Assembly (NCBI RefSeq): GCF_009914755.1 | Contig: NC_060928.1 | Strand: one strand, 5' to 3' | Source of the DNA: the human T2T-CHM13v2.0 reference genome, Homo sapiens | Length of the DNA stretch: 64,000 bases | Part shown: positions 30,975 to 44,487 of the stretch, piece after piece | How positions within the stretch are numbered: the stretch's first letter is position 1 | How the letters are laid out: each line of letters starts with the position of its first letter | Notes under the pieces: generated by a model | The model's database searches: none | Told to the model about the DNA's origin: nothing | The model's input: the letters and a program-made list of their open reading frames with translations, nothing else | Position numbers and translations under genes: made by a program

Positions 30975-32630
30975 CAGGGAGATTCAGGATTTGTGGGATC
31001 CCAAAGCTTATAAAATTTGAGGCATCCTGTTTAAGGAAAAAAAGTAAGATTATAAATATAAAATTATATATGAGTGTTAATATTTAGAATAAGAAAAGAA
31101 CACAAGACAATAAATAATTTTTTAAAAAATGGCAAATAACACAAACGTGAAGTCCAAAAAATTAAGATTTTTCTTTAAATAACTGCTTAAAACATCTCTA
31201 TCATACTTTTTCCATATGTTTATTAGCTGCCTATTTTATAATTTTGTAAATATAATTTACAAAAGAAATTATAAAAGAAATATAATTGCTTCTCAGACTT
31301 TTGGCTAAGACCAAGTATGGAGAATGGAAATATAACGCAGCCTTTTCTCCAGCATATTTGGTCAAAATTTGTTTTTTATTATCAAGAAGCTTGGAAAAGT
31401 TTCTTTTGGCTTCACAATTCATTCTTAATGATGTCATACACATATTTGGGTTGTTGTCAAGTTTCGGGAAATCCCTACGGCCTTTCATACAGGAGCTTTT
31501 GTAGACATGTTCATTATTTATAGTAATGCTACAGATTCCTGGCCAGTAAATATAGAAAGTCTGACAATTCTGGTTCATGCAATTCCTATCAAAAGCTAAA
31601 AATATAAGTATGATGAACTTACAATTGTATACTCTGCATTACTAAGTATATTAGTCTGTTCTCACATTGCTATAAAGAAATAGCTGAGACTGGGTAATTT
31701 ATAAGGGAAATAGATTTAACTGGCTCACAGTTCCATAGGCTATACAGGAAGCATGGTGCTGGCATCTGCTCAGTTTCTAGGGAGGCCGCAGGCAATTAAC
31801 AATCATGGTGGAAGGCGAGTGGGGAGTAGGCATGTCACATGGCCAGAACAGGAGCAAGAGAGCAAGGGGGAGGTGATACAACTTTTAAACGACCAGAGCT
31901 CACAAGAACTCATTTGTTATCATGAGGACAGTACCAAGAGGGATAGTGCTAAACCATTCATGATCTGCCATCAGGATCCAATCACCTCCCACCAGGCCCC
32001 ACCTCCAACATTGGGAATTATATTTCAATATGCAATTTGGGTGAGGACATGTATCTAAACTATATCCCCAAGGTTATTCTGAACTGGGGAGAACTACACT
32101 TTTGAATAAGCATCATTAAGAATCAAGTCCTCTACCAACAGTTTTATCCTGTGATGGCTGGAAGAATTTCCCACAGACGAGCTGCTGGCTCCACATATTT
32201 CAAACATTGTTTTTCCTCCCCTTCCCCACACACTTCCAGGGCTGGTATCAATTGCCCTGCGTTCTCTGACGCTGCACATTTATGTCTTGACATCAGGAAA
32301 ATCAGCCCAGTGGGCTCAGGGAGTATTCCTGGAAGTCATTCCTCATCAGGATGGTTATTCATAACTCAGCTATATGTGAAATTGTCAGAAAACCACATAA
32401 ATAGGTCCCATTTAACCAAAACTAAATATATCTCTAACTTGAACTCCACTAAAGCAAATATGGAAAAACACCCCGGGCCACTCCCAGCACCCACGCAAAG
32501 AAAACAGAAACAGAGAGGAAGCAAGAATGGAAATAACCAGCAGTCTCCATTGCTTAAGTGTCTTACTTTTGCAAATTTTATAAACCTATGACCATTTGAA
32601 CACATTCTAAGGTTCTTCCCAGGGTCTTAC
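30975..32630. mobile_element. hAT-Tip100 DNA transposon relic (MER69/Arthur1-like), interrupted by MSTA
   Basis: End resembles GG..TCAGGATTTGTGGG..AAGCTTATA.AATTTG. The minus-strand ORF 31231-31578 contains CEAKRNFSKL, resembling the hAT dimerisation motif (EAERSFSKL). Confidence 0.6.
31647..32067 (-). mobile_element. MSTA MaLR solo LTR
   Basis: TATATTAGTCTGTTCTCACATTGCTATAAAGAAA...AAACTATATC; TSD C(T/C)AAG. Confidence 0.88.
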
Positions 32631-32849
32631 ATTTTGTTATTTTAAGCCACCAAGTTTGTGGTAACTTCTTACAACAGCCCTGGGAAGCGAACAGGCCTGC
32701 AAAACTAGTTCCCACTGCAACTGAAATGAAAGAAGGAAAAATAAGCAGCATGACTTGTCCAGTCTTCTACTTGGAGAGCTAAGGATGTAGGATTTAATTC
32801 TTAAGGCTAAGGAAGTGATTGAGAAGAGGTTGCATGTTTCACTCACCTA

Positions 32850-33370
32850 TTATTGCATAAAAAACCATGAAACAACCACTTCATCCTTATGCTCCCAGAT
32901 TCTGTAGGTCAGGAATTTGGAAAGAGAACAGAAGGCATGGCTCTTCTCCATGATGTCTGGGGCTTCAGCTATGTTGAGTCCCATGGCTGGGGCTAGGATG
33001 GATGGGGCTGGATGACCCATTGACCTGGCAACATCTTGGCTCCTATGTCCAGTCTTTGAGTTGGGCTGGCTGGCGGCTGGCTGAGTTGGGGCTGGTGACC
33101 AGAGCATCTACCTGTGGTCACTGCAGCATGGCGGCCTCAGGCTCCAGGGACCGCTCACAGGGAAGTTCAGGGCCCCAAGGGCAGATGTTACCAGGCAACA
33201 ATGCAAGTCTAGATTGCCTTCCATGACTTGGCCTTGGGAGTCATACGGTACCACTTCTGCCATTCTCTATTGGTCAAAGCAGACCCAGAATCCAGGGGAG
33301 TGGACACAGCCCCTACCTCTTGATGGGAAAAGTGCCAAAGAATTTGTGACCATGTTGCAACTTGCCGTAT
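32850..33370 (-). mobile_element. Old MLT1 (H/I-like) LTR
   Basis: TATTGCATAA..GATTCTGTAGGTCAGGAATTTG..CACTTCTGCCATTCTCTATTGGTCAAAGCA..CTCTTGATGGGA. Confidence 0.6.
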
Positions 33371-33593
33371 TGCACGTTGTTCTTTCACCTTCCTTACAAC
33401 CCATCCTGAAGCTGCAGGAACAAGATCAGCTCTGCCTGAAAATCAGCACAGCGCCTCTAGCCCAGTCCACAGAGGTTCTACCAAGAAAGGCTGCTATGAC
33501 GGTACATTAGTAATTTAAATCCTAATTAATAATGCAATGAATTAATATATACTTCACAATCTAAGGCACTATTTCATTGAAATCTCTGTTAAG

Positions 33594-33945
33594 TAGATGG
33601 TCTCTAACTTACGATTTTTTGATGTTATGATGGTGTAAAAGTGACATGCGTTCAACAGAAGCCATACTTGGAATGAATTTTGCCATTTGCTCTTTTCCCA
33701 GGCTAGTGATGTGCAGTATGATACTCCCTCTCCATGCTGGGCAGTGGCAGTGAGCCGCAGCTCCCAGTCCACCACAGTCGTGAGGGTGAATAACTGACAG
33801 TCTACGTTGTCCTGTGTTGCTGCGTGATTCTGCCCAGCAAAGTTGATGTATGTTCTGAGCATGTTTAAGGGAGTCGAGCTAAGCTGTGATATTTACAACA
33901 GGTTTGTCTGAATGGCACCCCATCGTAAGTCCAGGAGTATGTGTA
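33594..33945. mobile_element. TcMar-Tigger MITE (MER47A/Tigger5-like)
   Basis: TIR-like AGATGGTCTCTAACTTACGAT...CCCATCGTAAGTCCAGGAGTAT. Confidence 0.7.
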
Positions 33946-34062
33946 TTTGTCACAGCAAGCCCATGTGTAATGCTGCATCCCAAGACTTTTTGAAACCAGA
34001 CTTTGGGAAATATATTGATACCATGTCTTTGTGAGGTTATCGTATAGCCAGAACACCCCTGT

Positions 34063-34354
34063 GTGGTTTTATATTCCTTCCTTTAGCCTTGACCTCTGAT
34101 GAAACCCTGTTAAACATTACACTGTGTTCTCAGCCATGCTGTGAGGAATTAGTGACAGCCAGGCCCATGTGGATGTGTTGAGACAGAGGAGAGAAGTGTG
34201 GTACCCTCGTGGTTTTATATTCCTTCCTTTAGCCTTGACCTCTGATGAAACCCTGTTAAACATTACACTGTGGTCTCAGCCGTGCTGTGAGGAATTAGTG
34301 AAAGCCAGGCCCATGTGGATGAGTTGAGACAGAGAAGAGAAGTGTGGTACCCTC
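34063..34354 (+). repeat. Tandem duplication, 2 x 146 bp
   Basis: 34063-34208 vs 34209-34354: 5 substitutions and no indels by manual alignment. Confidence 0.95.
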
Positions 34355-34969
34355 TTGCCTCAGGCTTGTAGCAATGGTGGGGTCTGGAGGGGGCCAGGTG
34401 TGTTTAGTGAAGATGTGACCCTTGGGAGGGTCATTTGTGGTGTGACCAGAAAGTCAGGATGGGCGGCCCTGAGAGACCTTCCTTTGAGCTCAAGTCAGGG
34501 ACACCTTTGGGAAACAGTCATAAAGATAAGGCAAATAGCTGTGAAGGTGTCTACTGCCTCACAATAATCCAGCCAGGGGCCATGCCTTCAGGACCTGGCT
34601 TGGCTGTGCCCTGATGAGGTAAGATTCAGCTGCAACCTAGGCTGTCCTCCACTGACCAGACCCTGCACACTGGTGTGGGGCTGTGTGCACCTGGCGGAAG
34701 TGGTTGCTCACTGCCACCTCTCAAAGGTGTTACATGAACTAGGGCAGCCTGAATATTTTTATATATTAACAAGTACAATTCTGAAGCATAGGAAACAAAA
34801 TTAGTGCAAATTGGGGTGACAAGGACTCAAGCCCGCTTGAGGTTACTGCTGGGGCAGATTTGAGTGGGGGATGGTCACAGAAGCTTGGGTAGAGGGCAGG
34901 ACTAGGTGATAAGTCTCCTGTCACAGAAGTGGGAGTGGGGAGACAGATAGATAGATGATAGATAGATAT

Positions 34970-35352
34970 TGTCTTGGTCTATTCCTGTCGCTATAAAGAA
35001 ATACCTGAAAGTCAATAATTTATAAAGAAAAGAGGTTTATTTGGCTCAGAGTTCTACAGGCTGTACATGAAGCGTGGTGCTGGAGCAGTAGGTGAAGGGT
35101 AGCCGGTGTGTGCATATCACATGGTAAGAGAGGAGGAGAGGGAGCGGATGATGCTGCTAGACTCTTTTTAGCAACCAGATCGCTCAGGAACTAGTAGATA
35201 AAGAACTTGCTCATTACCACAAGGATGGCACCAAGATGGCCATAAGGGATCCAATCCCACAATCCAAACACCTCCCACCGGGCCCCACCTCCAACACTGG
35301 GAATCTAGTTTCAACATGAGATTTGGAGGGGTCAAACATCCAAACTATATCA
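34970..35352 (-). mobile_element. MSTA/MSTB MaLR solo LTR, preceded by short (GATA)n
   Basis: TGTCTTGGTC...CAAACTATATCA; TSD GATAT. Confidence 0.85.
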
Positions 35353-36641
35353 GATATTCAGTGTCTTCAGCCAGTAATCAGCACTACAGGGTGTCTTGGG
35401 TGAGTGTCTGCATCTGCATGCCACGGTACCCAAGAGAGCTGACCGCATGGGCATGGGCAAACAGCAAGGCCTGTGCTGCCTTCTGGAAGCCAAGAAGATC
35501 AAAGAACTTCATATACTGATGACCCTCAAAACTCCCAACTCCTATGCCTGGGAGTCAAAGCCATACAAATCTGTGACTACTCGTAGGCTCTTATTTCAAC
35601 CCACCCTCCTTCCCTCACCCACCATCACCACCAATAGCATAACCTAGGAAACATGACTTACATCTGGAATTCTGGTGGAAGTTCTTATCAGGACTATAAG
35701 TTTCTTGAGTCAAGATCATGCTAACTTCAGACCAGTATCCTCCAGGAACTCCTATAGTGCCTGATATATAATGGCTGCTCAATCTATATTTGTTGAAAGA
35801 ACAAAGGACAGGGAGTTTCAGGACACAGTCACTGTAAAATTGGGTGCATCATATTCCCACTGACTGATTTCTGGCTCCATACTAGTGTGTGCCACCCAGT
35901 TTGATGCCGTTGCAGGGCTGAGGTGCTCCTGGGGGGCTGAGACATAGGAGAGCTGCCACCACTCTTGACAGTCATCCTGGGACACCTGAGCACTCTTGAC
36001 TCAACCTCTGCCTGACCTAGCCAGTCCCTTTGGTTAAGGAGCTGGGTGTGGGAAGTTTGACAAAACATGGGAGAGAACCAAGGAGAGGAGAGAAGGGCAC
36101 AGAAATTTGAATGCCATGGGCTCCATTTGTTTCTTCCAGCCTTGGGTGCAATTCAGCTTGGAGATAAGTGTGGACTGGGTGATCTCTCTAATTCCTTCAT
36201 TTCATGAATGATGTGTCAAAGGAGAAGTAATGGTTTGGGGGTTTTGTTGGTAGGCTTGGCCATACACTTTTAATTTCATCTATAAGTTCCAAGAAAGCCA
36301 GCTGTGAGCTCCATAATTTCCAATTAAATGTCTTCTCCCCTTTTAGCCAGGAATTACAAAGTTCTCTTTTTGACATTTATTCTTGGTAGCTGGCTAAATG
36401 AAGAGCTAACATTTAAGTGAGCTGACATAAATGCCTGTTGATTTACGGTGTACGAATTCAGTAAATGTTTGTAAGCAATAGCTATGCTCAGCTCAATGTA
36501 TCAAGGGACTTTTTAAAAGGTCTAGGGTACTAGGGCCTTCCACTAACTATTTAGTTAGAAAAATGGAGCAGAACTCCTTTGGGAAAATATAGAAAAAAGC
36601 TAGTCAGGATCTGATCATGAGTCCCATGAGTGGCCCAGTCA

Positions 36642-37232
36642 TGATACCGGTGGGCTAGGCAGGTCCCCAAACACAAGTGGGACCTTGACTCCAGCCAGTG
36701 CCCAGGTGCTTGATATCATCGGGAGAAGAAATTCAAGGATGAGTCAGAAAATAGTGAAAGTACAGAGATTTGTTGCAAAGTGAAAGTACACACTCAAGAT
36801 AGGGGAGGGCAAGCGGACTCCAGAGAAAGTTGTGCGCAAGGGTGTTTGGAGCTGCTACTTTTATGAGTTTCTTTAACCAAGGGGTGGAATATTCATGAAA
36901 ATTCCTCGAAAAAGGTGGATATTTCTCAGAACTGTGGTGCCACCCACTTTTACACCAAATATGGGTGCTCCTGGAACGGTCATGGCACTGGTGGGTATGT
37001 GATTTGTATGTTAATGAATGAAAAATGAGGGCCTAAGAGAAACCTGAGTCAAATCCAGCACCATGTTGGGTCTAGTCGGTCTTAGCCAGCTTGGCCCACA
37101 CCCTAGTTTTTCAGGGTCCTATCAGCCCCTAGCTCCTGTGGCTATTTCAACAGTTTCCTTTTGCTAGTCATGTGAAATGCCTGCCTAGAATTTTCTATTC
37201 TTCTGCGACCACCCTGTATTATTCCTGCCTCA
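36642..37232 (-). mobile_element. LTR19-like ERV1 solo LTR
   Basis: Reverse complement begins TGAGGCAGGAATAATACAGGGTGGTCGCAG..AATAGAAAATTC.AGGCAG; TG..CA termini. Confidence 0.7.
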
Positions 37233-37464
37233 TTTCTGACAGAAGAGGCAGGAGGAAGACTGGAAAGGCTGGGTAGATTAAGTGAGAAGAGGAAAAAGGG
37301 AAAGGCATTCCAAGCAGGTAGAATAGCATGAGCAAAGGCTTGAAGGTAGCATAGTTGATAACCCCAAAATGTTTCTGTTATGAAGAGGAATCAGAAGGAA
37401 GTAATATGAAATGAATTGGTCGGAAAGGGATGAAATGCTCTCTAGAAGAATATGTGTTTGATCA

Positions 37465-37979
37465 CGTTAGGGAGGAAAAACTTTCTTCTGTCCCATAAGT
37501 TGAATGGCTGGAGCCTGTAAATTTCACTGACGCAAGACAGGTTAACAGGAGAAAAGGAATACAAATGTATTTATATTTTTACGTGCATAGGAGTTCACAG
37601 AAAAGTAGTGAAATGCAAAGTGATTAGGCTCAGGGACGTATATATCATTTTAACAAAGGAAAGGGATGATAAATTGTGGGAAAGTGACTAGCAAATACAT
37701 GGGGGAGATTAATGGAACAAACTTTAAAAAAAAAAGTTTGTTTATGCAGACTCATCTCAATGCTGACTGTCCATCTTTGATGGTAAGAGTTGCTCTACAC
37801 TTCCTGCTATGGGAGTCGAGGAACACCTTCCACAAAGGGAATGTTACGCCCTGGTTTCAGGTAGAAAAAGAGAGCAGAGGATTCATCCTGCATCTGCTCA
37901 TTTTCAATCGCTTGCAGCCCAAAATAAGCCGTATGTCAAAGTGGCATATTTTGGGGTGGCATATTCTGGACCCCTTCAA
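37465..37979 (-). mobile_element. MER34-like ERV1 LTR
   Basis: AAGACAGGTTAACAGGAGAAAAG...GTGGCATATTTTGGGGTGGCATATTCTG..CCCCTTCA. Confidence 0.65.
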
Positions 37980-38304
37980 TCATGTAGGTCAGTATTTGCC
38001 AAAATAGCTTCGCTGGAATTCTAGCCTTGTAATCTTTACTTGACCATAGAAAAAGAATTCCCAGCAATCTGCCCGTCAGACAATTCAAAAAAGCTCTGAG
38101 TCCTGCTGCCGTAGAGAAATCTGTTTAACTTTGTTTCCACCCTATTAAACATGAAAAGATCAACATCATCAGTAATTAAGGAAGTGTAAGTTGAAAATAC
38201 AAACACCTATGAGAATGGCTAACATTAAAAAGAAAGAACTGGCAATACCAGGTGTGAATGAGGATGCCGAGACCTCAGATCTCCTTCATTGCTGGTTGGA
38301 GTGC

Positions 38305-38632
38305 TGTGGGGAAGTCAACAGGAAACTCAGGGTAGACAAGGGTAAGGTTTGTTTTGGAGAATTAAGTCAGCACCTGCTTCATTGACAAAAGTCTCCAGTG
38401 ACTTCCACGCATCCTTCTTGCCCTGATACTGAGAGGGAGACACTCTTACAAGCAGAGACTTCCGTGATAGGTATAGATTTCCCCTGCACAGGGATCTGTT
38501 TTCAGATTAGAACTCCTGTGTCTGCAGTTTCTCAAAATAATCAGCTCAAAATAATCCTTATGCCCAAGAAGCATATTTTGGGGTGGCATATTCTTGTCTT
38601 CCATACTCATATTTTAAGATGGCATATTCTGG
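38305..38632 (-). mobile_element. Second MER34/MER39-like LTR fragment
   Basis: CTCAAAATAATCAGCTCAAAATAATCCTTATGCC..GCATATTTTGGGGTGGCATATTC. Confidence 0.55.
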
Positions 38633-39342
38633 TCTAAATGGTCAGAGAAGACCTCACTGACAAACTGAAATTTAAGCAAAAACTTGAAGGAGATGAGGAA
38701 GAAAGCCATGTGGCTATTTAGGGGAAGAATGATCTGGGCAAAGAGAAAAGAGGTGCAAAGGCCCTGAGGCAGGTACATGACTGACTTCTCCAAATGAAAA
38801 TCCATAGAACAGGGGGCTGGACACCTAGGATCCTGTCCTAGCTCTACAGATTATTTCTGCCATATGAGCCCATTTTCCTCATCCATTCAATTAAGGCATT
38901 CAACAAGGAGGTGACCAAGATCTCTTCCAGCTTGAACCTTGGATTCTAAATGCCCTCTGCTTTTGAGACTGCCGCTTGCTTTTCTGCCCATATGACCCAC
39001 TGGTCATACTCACAAACCGAAGATTCACCATTTCTCCATCCATTCAAAATAAGTTGAGGGAATCTGGCCTTTGCTGATCTTTTTTATCTGCGCTTGACTC
39101 TGTTATGGTGATTCTATCTCACCAGCACCTTTTAAAAAGAAATCCAGTAATCTCGCTGATTTGAAATTATCTCCATCCCTTCAACCCTCAGCTGCTAAGT
39201 CAAGCAGCCTGACAAACACTCTATTTCCCCAATTCCAAGATACCATCAATTATAAGATACTCTATCAATTTAATAGCAGCATTTCAGTGGGAGAAAGAAA
39301 GAAAAGAAGGAAGGAAGAGAGATTAGAAACAAAGAAGGGAGG

Positions 39343-39745
<403 letters not shown>

Positions 39746-41528
39746 TCACTTATCCATGCCATTATATGCTGCTTTCATTACCAAAGTTTAACTCTGGCCT
39801 GTTTCATTATCAGAGACTAAATACTCTTCCACATGATTTTGGACACCCACAGTTACTCACAGCGGTATGGAGAATGCCAGTTTCCGGCCATGCTTATGAG
39901 CTTGGCCTCGTCAGCACACTTAAGATTGACAATGTAATTTGAGGGCATCATAGAGAATCCTAGTGGTTTATTGGCATTTCCTCTTTGGCCAAACTTATAA
40001 TTCTGTTTTTCCTTATTTTAAAGATAAACATTAAGCAGCTTCTTTTGAAAATCACTAGAAGCTTTTAAAGATTTTGGAGCCTGAATAATAGTTTTTTTTT
40101 TTAATGGTGCATGAAGTAGTCATACCAATTTCCCCTTGCTTTGAAAAGTGTGTCATTTACTCTGTGCAGTGGGGGCGATGCCTAATGCCTGGCATGTGCC
40201 AGGCAATCTTTTGCACGCATGGTGACTTTTGCTCCAATGCTGTAAAGCAGAGTTATCTTTGTGAAAGACACTTTCAGTGGCAATTAGGGACATGAATCTA
40301 AGTTAACAGTGTGCTGTGCCACCAATGAAAATAACAAAACAAAGTGACAAAATGGATGAACAGATACTTCCACGAAGCTGGCTAAGGAGGTGTGGCCACA
40401 GGCCAGGTAGGCCACGTGGACGTGTCACTCCTCTAAATGGCTGCTGGAAAATTTTTTGACAGGGCGTACATTACACATCCCAATTTCATAAATGTTAACA
40501 TGTGAAAAAATATAAAATGAGTCTTCAACTAGAGGAAATATGGCAGTTTTCAAAAATCTCAAGGCCTTGGGAGTTTCAGTTAGCCTGCAAAGCTGGGGCC
40601 AAGTCCGTCAGCTAAAAATGTGTGTATTCCTCTTCCCTTTCTGTCCTTACAACTCCGTCTGCAACCCTAACCCTGGAGATAAGAGAGTTCAAATCCCAGC
40701 TTGGAGGGAAACCAACCTAAAAAGGAAGAAGACAACAGTTAAGCTTATTTTAAGCTTCCTGCCTGAACTGCCATTAGGTTAATTTCTTCTAGCTCAGACG
40801 TCATTTTCTGAAGGCTTACAGGAAAATGCATATTTTCACGGCTGTGCTAAGAGATGGAGGCTTTCTTTCCCAAGGCCTTGAACTTCCTTTGAATTAGTAA
40901 TGATGTGGCTATTGTGAAACACCAACTTGAATCTAATCAAGGAATTCGAAATTAATCCTATCCAAGAATTTTGCAGCTTTGTGTGCTCATGTGTGTGGTT
41001 ATTTTGCCTTTTGGTGGGAGGTTTTCCCCTTCTTTTTAATGGCTATAAAGCAAACAACCTTTTCATTGTGGTTAAAAGTCCCCACACAAATGCCCTTCCC
41101 TTTCTGTTTTACCAGTAAGAGCTGTGCCTTGCCGCCTCTGAAACAATTCCCACACAGCCAGTCCTTTAAAATGAAGAGTAAATGCCCCACTCCGGAAATT
41201 CCGGAAATAAATAATAAGAACCTATACAGGAGGGCAAAGCCAAGCCGCGCCAAGATGCAGATGTCTCTGGAAGAAATTTACTCAAAGCTGTGGAAGAAAG
41301 AGTCACCGCATCTGGGCTCAGTGTCACCCTCGCTCAGAGCCCCAGGATGAGAGTGAGCATGACCCGTGTGTGCCTCGGGCAGCCAGATGCCCCTGCCAGC
41401 GCTCGCAGCCCTGCACACACACTGAAACCAGAAGATAAAGCAAACAGGACTTCAGGCCTCTGCCCCTTAGCCCTCGCCCTCCCTTCTGGAGCCATTCTGC
41501 TTACTGGAGAGTGAAGAACGGCATCCCT

Positions 41529-41981
<453 letters not shown>

Positions 41982-42512
41982 TCATTTTTTACATTGCTGA
42001 ACATTGCTGCATGGCACACAGAAGGCCTGGGTTTTTCCACCCACCGTCAGGCCCATCAGTACCCCCACCCCTTCCCTGGGAGCCACTATTGCAAGCAGAA
42101 AAAATGCACTTGGAAGAGCAGATGTCTGATTAAATAAGGAGCCATCACTGCTTCACAGTGACACGTAAATGTACCTTTTGCATCTGTTTGTGTTAAATAC
42201 CCGTCTTCCAGCACAGTCTTCTTAAAATAATGGCTAACTTTTGAAATAGATGCTGATACTTCTTTAGCAGATTTTGTCCGCAGGTTTTCTTGAGGTCAGC
42301 GATATAGCCACAGTCCCTGTTGGATGGCAAACATCTTCAAACATTTTGTGCAAATTACATTATTTATTATGAACTACTTGAGTGCCAAAAGACAGTAATA
42401 CTTTTTCATTGAGCATGCATGCATTTTTTTAAAAGCTCATTTTGCCAAAATTGTTTCTCATAAAAGAAAAAAGGAATTACTAAATAACAAAATAAATGGT
42501 GTAGGTATATAC

Positions 42513-43623
42513 CATATTAGGGTTCTCTAGAGGGACAGAACTAATGGTGTGTGTATATATATATACATATATATATGTATATATATATATGTATATATAT
42601 ATACACGTATATACATAGGTATATATATGGGTATGTATATATGTATATACATAGGTATATATATGTGTATATATATACGTATATACATAGGTATATATAG
42701 GTATATATATAGGTATATATAGGTATATATAGGTATATATAGGTGTATATAGGTGTATATATACATATATAGGTATATATACGTGTATATAGGTATATAT
42801 TATATATAGGTGTATATATATAGGTGTATATATAGGTATATATAGGTGTATATATATAGGTCTATATATATACACCTATATATACACGTATATATACACC
42901 TATATATATACACGTATATATACACACCTATATATATGCACGTATATATACACCTATATATATGCACGTATATATACACCTATATATATGCACGTATATA
43001 TACACCTATATATATGCACGTATATATATACCTATATATGCACGTATATATATACCTATATATATATGCAAGTATATATATACCTATATATGCACGTATA
43101 TATACACCTATATATATGCACGTATATATATACCTATATATATGCACGTATATATATACCTATATATATGCACGTATATATATACCTATATATGCACGTA
43201 TACATATATGTGTATATATATATATATATGAAGGGGAGTTTATTAAGGAGTATTCACTTACAGGATCACAAGGTCCCACAATATGCCGTCTGCAAGCTGA
43301 GGAACAAGGAAGCCAGCCTAAGTCCGAAAGCTGAAGAACTTGGAGTCTGATGTTCAAGGGCAGGAAGCATCCAGCACAGGAGAAAGATGTAGGCTGGGAG
43401 GCTAAGCCAGTCTAGTCTTTTCACATTTCTCTGCCTGCTTTTTATTTTGGCCGTGCTGGCAGCTGATTAGATTGTGCCCACCCAGATTAAGGGTGGGTCT
43501 GCCTTTCCAGCCCACTGACTCAAATGTTAGTCTCCTTTGGCAACACCCTCAGCAGACACACCCAGGATCAATACTTCATATCCTTCAATCCAATCAAGTT
43601 GACGTTCAGTATTAACCATAACA
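42513..43623 (-). mobile_element. MLT2A1-like (HERV-L) solo LTR with expanded internal TA-rich array
   Basis: TATTAGGGTTCTCTAGAGGGACAGAACTAAT [array] AAGGGGAGTTTATTAAG...CAATCCAATCAAGTTGAC..ATTAACCATAACA; TSD TATAC. Confidence 0.9.
42547..43229. repeat. Compound (TA)-rich minisatellite, ~680 bp
   Basis: (TA)n interrupted by AGGT/AGGTG on the left and ACCT/CACC/GCACG on the right. Confidence 0.95.
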
Positions 43624-44204
43624 TATACTTTACAATAAATGACATAACTGTTGTAGCACAAGCAGCAGTACTTTGTGCATGCTCTGTGGAAGGACTGCTC
43701 AGCTTTTCTTTTCTGCACATATTTCATATGCAACTAACTTATCATTTCTCATGTTTCCCACTGACCCTGCCGAATAGCCATGTGATGACATTGTACATCT
43801 CACAGGCCATAGCACGGAACACACAGCCCAGCTGACTGGCATACCAAATGGCTTGCAGGAGCAGAAGCATCAAATATTAATACTTCTCCAACTAGGCCTG
43901 CAGATGTGAAGGAGTTATCTATCCCTTGAAACTTGTGTCTGAAAGCACATTTTATTTGCAATCATCCCACATCCTGTGCTTAAAAAGGAGATACTTGTTA
44001 TGCTGTGTCTGGAAAAGGTCAGAGAGAATAACTTGTCAACTTTTGGATTTAATCACACATTGAAGTGAGAACTGTTTTTCTTGTGCATGCAACTCAGACT
44101 ATACTAGAAAAGACCATGGCAGAAGCTAGAGTAAAAGCAGAGGTCTACCAAGCCTATCCAGGTTAATTTAATGCAACCATAAATACAAATATATGATGAA
44201 TTTT

Positions 44205-44487
44205 CTTTTTAAGATAGGGTCTCACTCTGTTGCCCAGGCTAATCATGCAATGCGTGGTCACAGATCACTGCACTCTCAACCTCCTGGGCTCAAGCTATCC
44301 TCCTACCTCAGCCTCCCGAGTAGCCAGGACTGCAGATGCACCCACCACACCTGGCTAATTTTTGTATTTTTTTTGTAGAGACAAGGTCCCACTATATTGG
44401 CAATCTTGGACTCCTAGGCTTAAGTGATCCTCCCACTTTGGCCTCCCAAAGTGCTGGGATTACAGATGTTAGCCATCATACCCGGCC
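44205..44487 (-). mobile_element. AluJ
   Basis: AGGGTCTCACTCTGTTGCCCAGGCT...CATACCCGGCC. Confidence 0.88.

Noticed and set aside
31231-31578. Possible domesticated transposase
   Set aside because: Only a short degraded hAT dimerisation-like motif; frameshifted and interrupted by MSTA.
34063-34354. CRISPR-like or other prokaryotic array
   Set aside because: Eukaryotic DNA with two long tandem units and no spacers; nothing CRISPR-, tRNA- or rRNA-like is seen in the window.
42480-43350. Several Tyr/Ile/His-rich ORFs
   Set aside because: Translations of the TA minisatellite.
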